DNA of 64,000 bases from Polymyxa betae A26-41 (lineage: Eukaryota > Protista > Endomyxa: Phytomyxea). Made by a program: the position numbers and the translations under genes. The DNA lies in the NCBI GenBank assembly GCA_003693705.1, contig RBZT01000591.1, forward strand, positions 10,249-74,248, read 5' to 3'. Under the pieces are notes generated by a model. It was given only the letters and a program-made list of their open reading frames with translations, searched no databases and was not told where the DNA came from. Of this stretch, positions 50,827-64,000 are shown piece after piece (the stretch's first letter is position 1; every line of letters begins with the position of its first letter).

Positions 50827-53545
50827 TTATTGCTTAGGGCTTGTTGAATTAAAACCGGTCTTTTCATGCTCGGATACCAAAGCAGATATCGGGGATTCGC
50901 CAACGATACCCCATATTTCTAGCAATGAAACTCGGAAATCTCGGGAAGAACTCAACATCGGAGAATCAAATGTATCGCTTGCACCGGAAGAGCCTTCTCG
51001 AAGCGAATGCTGCAGGAAAATGGCAAAATGCGTCCCGCCCCCAATCGAAATCGAATCGTGACGGCACAAAATAAAAAACTTGTTCTTTCCACTGTGAAAG
51101 GCCATTAATCAGCCACACTTTTTCCAAAAAATAAGCTAAATAAAATAGTGCCAAACAGCAAATGACGCGCTGGCAGAATGAATAACAAACATCATACATA
51201 CCTCCATGGATAAACAGAAAAATGTCCACTTGTTTTTCTGCTCGTCCTAAATAATACGGTAAGCAAATGCGCCATGGTGGTCATTTCATCCCATACCCAG
51301 AAAAGCCGTCTGTATTGTCATCAATAAACTGGAAGACAAAGCATTCTCCATTTCCAAAATAGCCCGGATGCATTTTCAAATTTTCAGAGACAAAAGCCCC
51401 AAAGACACACCCTTGTTCGTCCTAACTCACGAAACCTTAGATTGTTTCAAAGACCCGAGGAAGAATACCATGATTATGAGAAATGCTGCTCTAGAATAGG
51501 CCACTGCACGATATCTTATTTGCAATTGAGCTTAGCAAGGGTCGGTGCAAGCAGGGATGCTTACAGCGTATTAAGGCTCATACCATCTTCAGTGAGGGTA
51601 TACAATCTCCTCCAGTGATCAAAATGGTATCTAGCAGGCATGGCAAGGAACAGGTTCTCCAAAAGTTTGGGATCTAATATCGAGCTTTCCCCATGAATGA
51701 CAATTTGCGGTGACGAAGGGATGTGAATAGGCCCCACATCTACTTCACTTTGTTCTTGCAACCTCGGTCTTAAAATTCGCTCAACGGATTCGATATTACA
51801 TGGATCCCCACGAAAACGAATTGAGTTTTGCACACCATTTCGCTTAAAAGAAACAATCAGAAGCGAACCATTGAGAACGCTTAGCTCTTCAATACTGGAG
51901 ATGCGAACCGCAATCTGCATACAGCCTGCAGGAAATCAGTAAGGAGAATAGAAAGAAGGGGTACCCAACCGCGAATATCATCCTGAGCTTCGAACATCAG
52001 AAGCCTGGTTGTTACAGACAAAAGGCCCCAGCGATTGAGAGATTCCTGGATTCCAATCAACGTCACCGGAATGCTAGCCCTTTTGGATGACTACCAGACA
52101 ATGACAGCATCAGTAAATCACTGAAGGATCTAGGATGTGACTACGTTTTCAAGGTCGGGGGAAGAATGCCTTCGAAACACGACTGGGGAGAGATTGAGAG
52201 ATTGTTCTTCACTCGAAGACAGCTGACGTTCCTCATTACGAAGCTGTCGCATCATATTCTCTGCAACGGTGAGAGACTCGCCACCTTTATCAAGTGCCAT
52301 CAAAGTGTTAAGTTGTGCTACCATCAGCTCGTCCAGCTTTTTTTGAGTTTGGGATACAACCTCCTGGCGCTGTTTTGCTTTGCCAATTGCTAGACTTAAA
52401 GCCCCCTATAAATCCAGAGCATTCGAGAATGAGCGAAATGTCATATATTGAAAAAATATACGAAAGCTGAAACAAAATTTGTTAAAACATCCGTTACCAA
52501 GTTGATCCGTCTTTCAGATTCTGCACGATACTTTTCGGCTTCCAGATTTTCTCGTTCTAAGCGAATTGAATCTGCTTGCCTTTGCAGCGCCTCGAGGACA
52601 TTTTTATGCTGCTGCATTTCGATTTCAGTAACAGCAATTTGCCTCTGCAGATCAGAAAGCTCTGATTTTGTCTGTGATTCATCGTTGGTGTCAGCAAGTT
52701 CTGTGTCCTACAACAAAAATTATTGCACGCTGAGGATATTAGGATCCAAAGAAAAAAACGCGTCTACCGAAGATAAAGATTTAAACGAATCTTGACGTAT
52801 TAATGTAGCTGTACGCTGGCCGACATGAGCAGTTAGAGCGTTATGACGGAAATGCGAATCCTCAAGATGTTTCCTCCTTTTTTCAATCACACGATTTAGA
52901 TTCGCCAGTTGCAAAGACAATCTGGAACATGAAATGAAACAGGCACAGCCAAAAAGTAATAAAAATACCGGCCAAGCGAATCGGTTAAATGCTTGATTTT
53001 TGCAACGTCGCAACTCTTGGTAAGTTCAGCAACAGTCTCACTGGAGATCTTTAAATCGGCTTGAGCGGCTGTTAAAGCACGATCTGCTTCCTGTAGCTCT
53101 GCCTCGATACGTTCTAATGTTTGAACAGGATAAGCAAACATAAACACAAAAAAATCCACAAGTGCCAAATTCAATGTTCAACATTGCGAATGAACAGAAT
53201 TCATTTTTGCAAAAAAAGATGGGCTATATCAATTTCTTACCTAAAGAAGATGCTTGAATCTGCACGTAGTCGAGAAGAGTGTCGTGCTCTTTCCGATACC
53301 TTTTCCACTAAACAGCGGTGGGTTAACGGTAGCAAAGACAGTTCAGCAACAGGTAAACAAAATAATGGCAGAGAAAGTATATTAAAAGCTAAAAAGCTTA
53401 CTTGGCGAGCGATACGTCGCTGCTTCTCAGATGGAGTTTCATCATAAGCATCAACATCGCTATTCGGCGGAGGCAACGGTGGCGGTGCTGAATCACCTGT
53501 GATAGAGCGCCAGAGCCTTGCTGGAAGAGATAAAACGTCGTCCAT
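50827..53545 (-). CDS. TLDc-domain protein (OXR1/NCOA7-like) with N-terminal coiled coil, multi-exon
   Basis: WRRLYTLTEDGMSLNTL, GCVFGAFVSE, YFGNGECFVF, SISIGGG, GSSGASDTFDSPML, LEIWG. Confidence 0.85.
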
Positions 53546-53889
53546 CTAAATGATGACGAGGGTCGATGAGGACTTCGAAAACATCATCGACACAATGTGA
53601 AGGTTAATGTTACAGCTAGATGAAGATTTTGAAGTTGAACCCGTTAATTACGGCGCAACCCAAGTGTTGGAGCGTGCCGATTCAGTATTGGTAACAGCAA
53701 CAGATACACAGCGAGTACAGTGAATTTTCACATAGCATTTAGCATGATGGTCGCTGTTTGCTGGTGATCGGACAACAACTCGAAGCCATCATTTTGGAAA
53801 TTTGAACCAACAATCTGTCTGTCGCAGCTTATTAACTAGCCAAAATACGCGCCGCCAGATGAGAATCATATTCCATCATTTCGGCCTTT

Positions 53890-54733
53890 ACGGATGTGTT
53901 GTTCTTAAGCCAGGACATTTACAGCACTGCGCGTTGATGTAGTTCAACACACTACAGGGTTCCATTCCATTTCAGCCATTTTCAGACAAATCATTCTCTA
54001 GGGAAGCTGTAATGCTTTTCGACAGCAGAAAACGCAAACATCACCAATACAATATTTGGTGAAGTTGTTAGCTCTTTGCAGCGATTGAAATGACGTGAAT
54101 GAAACAGGCGCGCTAACTACATGTTTTCTATGAAAACTTGAAGAAGAAATGCAGCCATCAGTTTCATTCACCAGATGTTTGAATGTTTTGAATCTGTATT
54201 GCAACAAAAAAAGCAGAAAATGACAACAGATTGGAACCAGATCACTCATAGTCTTGATACTTTTGCCAGTAGCGGACGAAATCAGAAGCCCTGCGCGCAG
54301 TTGCTCTTGATTCAATCACTTTCCCGGTACCAACCGGCTGATCAACATTGAGATGACATTCACAATAGAGAGAATAATTCAAGCGCAGCCTCTTGATCCA
54401 GTCGCCTGCATGATCGCAACGAAGATCGACCCATTCATTATGGTAACGCAGAAACCATTCGTTCAAGTCCACAACCGTGACAGTCGTTATGGTGCTGAGA
54501 GGTATAAGATGCAAACGTGAAGGCTGCTTGCGCCAGCGTGACCACCATGTAGTTCTTAGGGGTGCTCGGTTGATGCAGATGTGAGATTCGTCCAATTGGA
54601 CGTAAACACGAGACCATGTTCGTCTGTTGAAGAGCCCTAGCTCAGCCATATACATGTAGGATGAGAACGACATGGATTTACCCAACGATTGCTGTTGAAT
54701 AGAATTTGACAATGACCGTCTGACCGACTGCAT
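53890..54733 (-). CDS. PH-domain-containing hypothetical protein (3' end uncertain)
   Basis: SYMYMAELGLFNRRTWSRVYVQL..HLIPLSTITTV..LRCDHAGDWIKRL fits the PH pattern. Confidence 0.55.
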
Positions 54734-55910
54734 CTCAGGTCATTAATTACCTTCAGAATCGTTGTCGAGTTCTTGAGATACGAAAAGAGCGATATAGCCT
54801 ATAGGTATTAGTTTCAGAATTTTGTATTATCTAGTTTTGTTTTATCATATACTTTTTATCAGCGTTGGTTCAAACGCATGCTGGTTACACTTATTTTGGG
54901 TTAGTGATAATGTGCTTTTACCTGCTTGCTTCTAAAAGGACCAATAGAACAGACGGATACAGTATCGGCAATAAATACGTCTATGCAGGACATTCAATTT
55001 TGATCTGTAAAGACGGTTATTCAATGCCATTCAATTTTGATCTACTTCTGGTGAAGTAATCAGTTTTGACATGTGTGAAGTTTTGATGGATTCCGAACAC
55101 TTAATTGGGGTGTTTCAGCAGCACCCGCCAATTTACTGGCTTGTACCGTACCTGCTTAGAACCAACTAAGGGACACTTATAAAGGCAAAGGAAAACAGAC
55201 TATGATTACAGCGAGAACGGCGTTGACCGAACTGAAATACACCCAGTTTGATCGCTGCAACATAGCCTCTTCACTCTATTTGTAAATAAATAGAGTGAAG
55301 ATGTAGTTACAGTAGGGCTGATTTCTGGCAGAATAGATCTGTAGCTTGTATTCTATATCCCATATAAGTCAAGACGTTAACCAAGTGTGAGAATTATGGC
55401 TGCAACATAGAAATTATGTTTTAGGCGGGATCTCGTCCAAGACCAGCTTGACGCCATCTACCGGTACCTCGAATCTAGGATCTTCGATATCGCTGCGATT
55501 ATCCAGGTTGATCTCAAAAATCGATCGGATGATGAATTTGATATCAATTCTCTTCTTCATCAGGCTCCTTTCGCTGAAAAAGTTGGAAAATAATCAAAAA
55601 GATGCGATTGTAGTTTTAGAAAAATCAATTTGATTTAAGGGAGTGGCTGTCAGAGTTACCAGAAAACGACAAAAATCGTTGTAGTCGATGATCTTTCTAT
55701 TCCAATATTGTATATAGACGGAAGATGAGATAGATATTCTTCATATTCTTTATAATCAGAACTAGCAGAACTGTATAACAGAGATAAGGCAATGAGCGGA
55801 AGTCTCTGTAACATCTGTAGCAATACAAACCAGAGCAATTCAATCCGATCCATCTTTAAAGGATTTTAAGATGTACTTCCACTTGACACCGATGAACAAA
55901 ACGGCCAGAA

Positions 55911-56478
55911 ATGATTAAATGTGTTTGCAACTTGTCTTCTATTATCACTGCCAGACGATGTGCTCTATGAAATCTTTGTCAGGTGGGATCAGAGCTCTCC
56001 CCATCAGCTGTTATTCGTAATGCGACGTCTTTATATCAGTCCATAGAGATTCCTTTTTCCAAATCTTCTCTGTTTGGTTCTCTTTCCTGTTTGAACAATG
56101 ACACAATAACGCAGCTGCTCCGCGATCTCGTCGCAAAGGCTCGGCCGCATCCGCTTATCTCGGAACTGGCTCCGGATCGGGTCCCATGTCGCATTACGGC
56201 TTCTGATTATCGGTAAGATGTTGCTGTCCACAAAATCTTTGGATACATTTGGCACCTGGAATGGTCTGGATTGGGATCTTACAGAGATTTTTCGCGAGAT
56301 ATTCGGTGTTATCAGAATGGCCAATCTGGCCGAGATTCAGTTCTGCGATTCAACTCTCCGAAACTACACGAATAAGAATTTAGCACGCTCTTATGGCCAA
56401 CATTATACAGAGTATGAAAGCAAGAATTACTGGACGATCTTCCATCGTCTGTCCTCGAACTCTATCGTAACTATGTGA
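55911..56478 (+). pseudogene. Degenerate F-box-like gene remnant
   Basis: LLSLPDDVLYEIFVRW F-box-like start is followed by a stop; coding-like text continues in shifted frames. Confidence 0.4.
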
Positions 56479-57163
56479 TGTACGCCAGTTCACGATCTAT
56501 CTAGTGAATAGAAGCTATTGTGATTGAAACGGAATAGAATAGAGACCAATATTTAAAAAAATGCATAACTCCTGATGACGCTGCTTCGTATTCGTATACG
56601 ATATAATACTGCAGATTATATTGTCAACGCAAGCGACATGGAATACAAAATGATGCTGTAACAAGCGGTATCAGGAAATGCTCCGTTGTATCCGAATCAC
56701 GATTTATCAAGCTGTCATAATGTGGACCTCACTCTTGCAAGATGGAACGGGGTGCACGGCACTCATGTACGCTCGATGCGGTCACCGTAGGATTCATTGC
56801 AAGGAGATTCGGGAGTTCAGTATGACTGTTAAGCGACCTACCGTGTTATTAAGTTGGCTGTTCGAAATTTATGCGAATAATGTACAAAAGGGAAACCATT
56901 GAGGCTTCCCTCTCTCTCTCCCATATTGTACTTGTCCAGATTCGCTGAGCATTCCTCAAATTAAAAAAGCTTCAGAGATCTCATGATAATGACTCAAAAA
57001 CCTGAAAGCCAAAACACATATGAAATACTGAATACATATAGTAAAATTATCTGGACAGATAAATTAAATATGATTTATATGAATATATTAAGGTTTTGAT
57101 GTTATTACAGAGCTTAGCCCTTATAATTTGATTGGTTATAAGAGATTATATCGATTAATGAAA

Positions 57164-57481
<318 letters not shown>

Positions 57482-58190
57482 TCAACTCAATTGCAGAATG
57501 AATGCAATGATCCACCTCTCTATTGCAAGACGCACTTACATAAACGAGAGAAAGACAAAATTGCGAAACGGCGCACAATTTCCACCAATAATATTGCGGC
57601 TTGAAACAAAGGAAAAAGAACATCAATCCCACCAACAGAATTGCGGCGTCCAAACATAAAGGAAGATTTGAGCGCCTTCAATCATACTAACAGTTAGAAG
57701 ACGGCTTGCTGTCACACACGAACAAATGCAAGACCGCTATTCCTTTTGGCCAATCAGATTGCGGCTTTTTAATGTTGGCAAATTTTGAAGCAACCTTGAT
57801 GCCGAGACCTCATTTTATAAGTGATTGCATCATGCAACTGAATCGATCGCAATTGCAAGCGATTAGGTTCTAGGCCCATGACAAAATCTGCTCGAGGCGC
57901 TGCCAGCGTCAAGCAATGGGCATGCGGCCAGGATACCATAATGACAGCCTGACAGGAGGTCGCTACCAGGCTTTTAGACTTCCGGAGACCGCCGCTCATA
58001 GGCTGCGACCGATTATATACTGGGATGATCTGCTGCTTTAATTCCTGCCAATATCAAGATTGAAATAAACACCAAAACGCTAATTTCAAGAACCCAAATA
58101 ATATTGATAGTCTATCCGCTGAAGGCCGGCCCGGGAGGAAGGACCTGAACGAGATTTGTGCAGCTAGCGATGTCGTGACTCACGACATCA

Positions 58191-59548
58191 ATGACTCAAT
58201 GTCTCTCATCATCACCGATTTCTCGCCTATTTTCTCCTCATAAACCATTTGATGCATTATCATTCACAGTGTTTTCGGACTGGTTTATCACAAGCGATGA
58301 GTCCAATTGCTGCAGTCGACCTACGACAGGAACCAACATGTGGCAGAACAGATACGAGAGCCGTGATGTGATCGAATTTCCTCGTCGTTAAGGCATCATA
58401 CGCAAACTTCGTGCTCGGTGGATCATCGCTATTAAAGAGACCGACCGCTCTCTATACGAATTGGCTGACAAGATTCCCTACTTCTATTCGGAACATGATC
58501 CGCCAATATCTCCTACAGGATTAACATCACCATTACCAAGTATATGGCAATTGTCTATGACACATTGTGAATGTTATACACTTGATTACGTTGATTTCTG
58601 TGCTTATGCTTGAAGGATCTGGGTATGTAACATTCCAAGGCAGATCTACAGGTCTTCTAATATCAAAGATCGTGCCACAATTTGCTAGACGTTTATGACA
58701 TTCAGGTATTATGTTGTTCAGACGTTGGGACCTGGCGCACGAATTTATACTATCAACATGTAGAGGTCATCATGGAGCAACAAGGCCTGAAACCTTGTTC
58801 TATAATGGTTTTTGGAATCAATTCAGGCCAAAACGATCAGCAGGTATCTCGTCACCCGTTACAACATGGGCAAATTTCACAACCATATCCATAGGGCACA
58901 TTGTCATGTTTGATGACTTAACGTTGCTGCGGACCCTGCAGGCACATTGGTCAATTGATCGCATCTCGCTGGTTTCCGGGCCCGTGTGGCAGAAGGATTG
59001 GTCGGACGTAGACAGCGCCGAACATCCCCAACTGCGGAGGATGTCCAGCTCCAATTCGCATTGGGTCTTGTCGAACAGCGAGATCCTTGCGGCTAAGACC
59101 GGGTCCGGCAGGGCATGGCGGACGACAGCTTTCAGAATCTCGTTAGGAGAGAAGTGGTCGAGGGAAAGACGATGACATCATAGGTAAAGATTGGTGACAA
59201 TCATGACTACAATTCTGTATTTATTACAAGCAAGAAAGGCATGGCTTACAAAAAGCGATTCAATCTTCTGCTTAAGATTTTCAAAGCCAGAAAACTGGAT
59301 TCGATGCGAAATCCGGCGCATATGAAGAATTAGAAGAGCTGGAACAGGTTCTAACAAACATAAGACATCGGATAAGATGACTGGACAGCGCTCGCCCAAA
59401 ACTTCTACAGATATTGATCAGGCGAAGGCGAAGGCCATTAACAACTCGGAGAGTTAGGAAGGGAAGATTCGGAATCAGATTTGTCTGATTCTGAACCCGC
59501 GGGTACTCCCAGCAAGCGGCCTAAAATCACAAAAAGAGGGAATTAGAT
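58191..59548 (+). pseudogene. Decayed coding sequence of unknown family
   Basis: Chain of abutting 60-150 codon ORFs on the + strand broken by stops and frameshifts, with few clear introns. Confidence 0.3.
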
Positions 59549-60408
59549 AGCCTGATGTTGGCTATTTAGATCGGCAATAAATGAGGATTCGTATATCATC
59601 TAACTCACATCACATGTGTTGATGGTCAAGAGGCGATGTCAACATGACCCTCTGAGGATCTCTCAGCTCAGTATACTGCCAGCATTATGATATCTCAGAG
59701 ATGTCACCAACCTTATATTTTCTACACTATTGTTATACATACAGAATGCGTCTTTGATGAATGATTTGAATGTTCATAATATAGTTCCAGGTGGATCCAA
59801 AGATCTGCTCTCATTTCTAAATTTATCATACGCGGCACCAACATACGGCTGAGCTCATTTCCCAGACCTGCATCAATCTACAAGAGAAGACATTCAGTAA
59901 TGAGATAGATGATGTAGTGTGTGATACATAAAAGATGCTGTTGGGATTGTCAAAGCACAACGACTTATCTAAAATACCGCTCTAGACCTATCCTGACGCA
60001 ATTGATTCACAATACTTGAATATTTATTTTGTCGAAGTACTCTCTCTTCTATAGTAAAAATGATGACTGAATATCGTCTCCATCGTTTACACTCTCTGAT
60101 CCTCTCTAAAGGAAAGCATATTTAGACCATGTTGGCAATGGCAATGCATCATGCATGCCGCAATCAGATCATAACTTTGGAACCAATTTTTTAAAACGAC
60201 AGCAAAATTAACTGGTTAGCAGATTATCTTCAGGATGTCAATTATTCAGCGGATACGGTAGCACCATCTGCTAGAAAGTGCGCATAAATAATTCTACGCA
60301 CTAGAAAGGTGCGTTACCTCTGATACGGTACTATGGCTGTGAAGGTCCCATAAATGAATCCACCAGATTTATTACTACATAGGTGTTAGCTATGACTAAG
60401 TTAATCTC

Positions 60409-60605
60409 ATACTTACCTTGAAGGTGCCCAGTAGTACAGCTACATTCTGGTCGATCATTAAGGACCGTGGGCTATAGTGGAGCGGCCCAACTGCACGCGT
60501 TGTGATATACGCAGGGTGTCTGTGAAGCTATATGGCTTCAGCACAAGCTGGGGTCGACTTCGTAATTTATGAGTCGCGGGGACCAGAGTACGCTCTATCC
60601 TTGGC
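60409..60605 (+). ncRNA. U1: U1 spliceosomal snRNA (about 197 nt, expanded)
   Basis: 5' ATACTTACCTT; SL1 loop GATCATTAAG closed by GGTC/GACC; SL2 ACTGCAC; helix H GAAG/CTTC; Sm site AATTTATG; SL4 AGAG-TACG-CTCT. Confidence 0.9.
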
Positions 60606-61159
60606 CACTAATTAATCAAATCGAACTTATAGCAGTCAGAACATGAAAAATCTCTGTGTTTGTTTCAAGAAGATTTGTTGAGAATCAGAGTGATAGTTGC
60701 AAAGATGTCAAGATATCAATGACAGGCAATTAGACAGTCATTCTGGTAGTTAAACGGTTTTCATGGATTCCAGTTTTCTTACTCTTTTGTCGATGAGCAG
60801 AACTGGTATTAATGTTAGACTGTGACATAGAAAGTTGCTCATCTATGAGGCCTTTAAATTACTAGGGTTTGGATGTCGTTTGTCACGACACCTGATCGGT
60901 GCAGAAATTGCTGGCTGGCTACACAATATACAGGCACGAAAGAAGATTGATTGCTGAAGAGCAATTAGTGTCAGGGCACGGACGGAAATGCGACGCTAGG
61001 CGCTGCTGAGGGTCTACATACGTGACGGAATGATAGGACATACAGAGTAAGAAGACTCAGAAGAGAGGATAGGTCTGTAATAAGATATGACAAAGAACCC
61101 TGTCACCAGCGCCTCTATCAATATCATCATTGTCTGCTGATTTGAAAATAATGATCTGT

Positions 61160-62400
61160 GCGAGGTCGTCCTCTGGGACTCAGAACTGTAACCTACCAAT
61201 AAATGAATGCATTCTGCAGTCATTGACAGTCAAAATTTCGACAGCGATTGCAGCGACAGCGACGACGGCCTGAAGGACCTACTTCTAGCAATGCTATCTC
61301 GAATCAAACATTGGCTCTCGACCCGGTAGATTGCCGAACAAGGACCGTTAAAGGGAGCTTTATGATTATAGGGGGGACCAAATACAACATACATCAGTCA
61401 AGACTTTCGTGATACAAAACAATCCAATTCAACGTTTTGATGAATTTCGCTGTTCGCATCCAAAGAACAGGATTCATACTGCACACAGAAACGCGATTTT
61501 TGTAACAAGAAGAGGCTGTTTGCAAGACAGATGATTGCATGTGCTGTTTGAATTCTTGCTGGTGGATCATCAGCTCTGCAGAAGATAGGATGAAGAAATC
61601 CACGATTCTAGAGAGCTTGATGCGTTTTTGACTTCTTGCAGTGCAATTGACGAGATAGCCTTACGCCCTCCAAACGTGAACTATCTGAATCGTATCGGCG
61701 ATGAGTTTTTTGAAGGACGGCGGGCCAGGCTGTCTACGATCGATAGATTGCACAAACTGGGCCTGGAAAAACTGTCTTGCTAAATGGGCTGGAATGTTCA
61801 AGGAGGCACCCAGCTGTAAAGGTCGAGGCTATCGCTGACAGCAACTGTCGGATCGGGCATTGTGGGATTTTCATGCTCTCTGAACAGTATTAATGTTTAT
61901 GATCGTTCACATTCTGTACACGAAGCTACCAATGGAAGAGCTCTCACAGACAAAGTGATCGGTAATGAGTATTCTGTGCCAACAGGCTCGCTGATGGTAG
62001 TTACCTCAATCTTCACTGTTTTGTCATGGCTGCGCATAATCCAGCGATGCCCAACGAAAGTTTGTTTTCACAGCAGCAAGAAGCCAAACGAAAGGACATC
62101 GAAATTGCGTTTGGCATTTTGCAAGCCAGATTCCATATCTTGACTATTCCTTTGCGAGTTTTAAAAGCTCGATGCCACACGTCAGATCATGAGAGCATCG
62201 TGTGTCATTTTTCATAATTTGATTTCTAGATTTTGAGGCAGAAAATGGGCTTACATTAGTGACAAAGGGTATCGACCGAAGCACCCGTTCGGCTCAGTTG
62301 GCAACAGCAATTTCAGTCCGAATTCGGATATTATGATAAAACCTGTTAAAAATTCAAAACTCAAATCGACACATTAAAGTGAAGGCCGATTTGATGGAGT
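61160..62400 (+). mobile_element. Fragmented PIF/Harbinger-superfamily (Plant_tran/DDE_Tnp_4-like) transposase relic
   Basis: SIDCTNWAWKNC..WAG, EAIAD, FSQQQEAKRKDIEIAFGILQARFHIL motifs interrupted by stops and frameshifts. Confidence 0.85.
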
Positions 62401-62758
62401 GATTCTAAATGTATTGGGTTCATCTCAAGCCTAGGAAGGTCGAGAGAGCTCTGGTGGAATCAGCAACTGCCGCATTTTCCTGCATCAAATAAAGCCAATT
62501 GCTTCTTCTAGGCAGTTAATAAAGCGAGCGTCAATCAGTGCCTGTTCTTGCTTCATCTGGAGAAATTTCTTGGCTTCGAGAGCGTCGGAATTCATTGTGA
62601 ACAGATCCAGCGTTAGATTATTCTGTTGCAGTTGAGCTCGGCGCTCACAGTTCTCAGCGACCCGCTGATAAAATCATTCTTCCGCATTGCTGCAATGGCT
62701 GTTTGACTCGGATTTCAGCTTTTGGCAGCCTTTTTCCCCAATTTTAGGGCGAGCTGTC

Positions 62759-63612
62759 ATGACAAATTCTGAGGAGTTGGCTGGTGACCGCCAAAATAAC
62801 GAAATCGGCAAACCAGATTCAAAAGAACCGGAAGACCGTCCGAATTGGTTTCAACGTGGACTTGGCCTTTTTGGTTCAAGTTCTCCATCATCGTCTGAAG
62901 ACCCAACTGCTCCAAAGCAACCACTGGCCCCTACACCATCTTCTGACATTCCGACTGCTCAAAAGCAATCGCCAGCCTCTGCATCATCGCCTGGCGACCC
63001 GGTTGCTCAAAAACAGTCACCGGTCCAGCCTGATGTTGAATCGGCTGACATTGACGAGAACTCTTCAGTTCCTACTAATTCAGAAATGGCCAAAGATCCC
63101 GCAAAATCTGATGAGCGTCCAAGCTCTCCAGCTTTAGACTCAAACCTGGACCCCTCGGCGGTTCGCCCGCAGTCAATGCCAAAAGAAAATGATGTTGCAA
63201 ATAGGCAAGAAAAAAAAAACACCCTCATCTGGTACAAACCAAGGACATTGCTTGATTTCTCGTGTCGATCTAATTTTGTCTTCAGATCCCATCAAGGCTG
63301 AAACTCCACAAGATCGTTCTGCACCAGGTATGCAATTTTGTTCCATAGTACGGTATTTCTTACAGAATCTCAGAGGCGACTGGATCCGATGCGCCTTCAG
63401 AAAGCAAGAGCACTGAATCGGCTAATCCTTCTGCTTTACCTGAGGCTACTAAGCCTGCAGTCACGGCCGCTGGGCCTGATGTGGCGAAGAACAGTCTTCC
63501 AAATGACGAAGCAGTCAAACCAGAATCGAAAGGATCGAAGAGCCCCCCTAAATGGTCTCAGCGTGGACTTGGACAATCTGACCCAAGCCAAGCGTCATCT
63601 TCTAACTGTTGA
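62759..63612 (+). CDS. Pro/Ser-rich repetitive hypothetical protein, multi-exon, possibly a disabled secreted protein
   Basis: Open frame with xQKQSP repeats, two short introns and a duplicated KPxSK..WxQRGLG block. Confidence 0.5.
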
Positions 63613-64000
63613 GAGCTATAGCCCGAAACCGCCGAACCGGCGCCATGTGGGGAGTTGCCCGAGCTCTGCCTCGTAGTCTCGTCACCGTCCACCATATCTC
63701 AAGCCTACAATCGATAGACACGATATAACAACAAACAATAGAACTGTGTTTTTGTATATAGCTTGTTACCGCATTACAACAGGAGAAGTGAACTCTCCTA
63801 GCCTTCACAGTTATAAGAACTGCGGATGAGAAAACGGACACCGTCCTCGCCATCCACGGACAACGGTATCTCAGTGGCGTCACAGGCAGGGGTGAGCCAT
63901 GAGTCGGCCTCCATCCGAGTCGCCTTTTCAACACTCCCATCCGAATCGGCAGGTGGGCGATCCACAAGGCGCAGAACGATACGCTCAAATGTTTCAGCAG

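Overview
Compact, intron-rich eukaryotic nuclear DNA with frequent GT-AG introns of about 45-60 nt and short intergenic spacers. It contains an IFT38/CLUAP1 gene, so the organism has a flagellated stage; a phytomyxid/plasmodiophorid-like protist is my inference, not established. Positions 1-54.8 kb hold about 25 mostly housekeeping genes. These are mitochondrial AspRS (3' end), SPATA20, TMEM260, ABCD transporter, rhodanese, phosphonopyruvate decarboxylase, CLUAP1, SEC63, NDUFAF6, PRIM1, FAM192A, ER DnaJ, a TRIC-like channel, a GT8-GT32 fusion, FAM135, NF-YB and a TLDc protein, plus tRNA-Glu(TTC). The last 9 kb is gene-sparse: a solitary histone H4 (D24N), a U1 snRNA with extra helices, a PIF/Harbinger-type transposase relic and decayed ORFs. 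Most notable are (1) an in-frame TOM1/GPR137-like 7TM receptor fused to a TKL pseudokinase lacking VAIK-K, HRD and DFG; (2) an intron-containing, apparently mitochondrion-targeted phosphonopyruvate decarboxylase; (3) a tRNA-Glu plus MITE bracketed by a diverged ~220-bp inverted repeat ending in (CCAAT)n beside an intronless NF-YB; (4) a restructured U1 snRNA; (5) a glycogenin-like GT8/GT32 fusion; (6) a spliced 84-aa APAPAP membrane peptide. Multi-exon CDS coordinates are gene spans assembled by eye.
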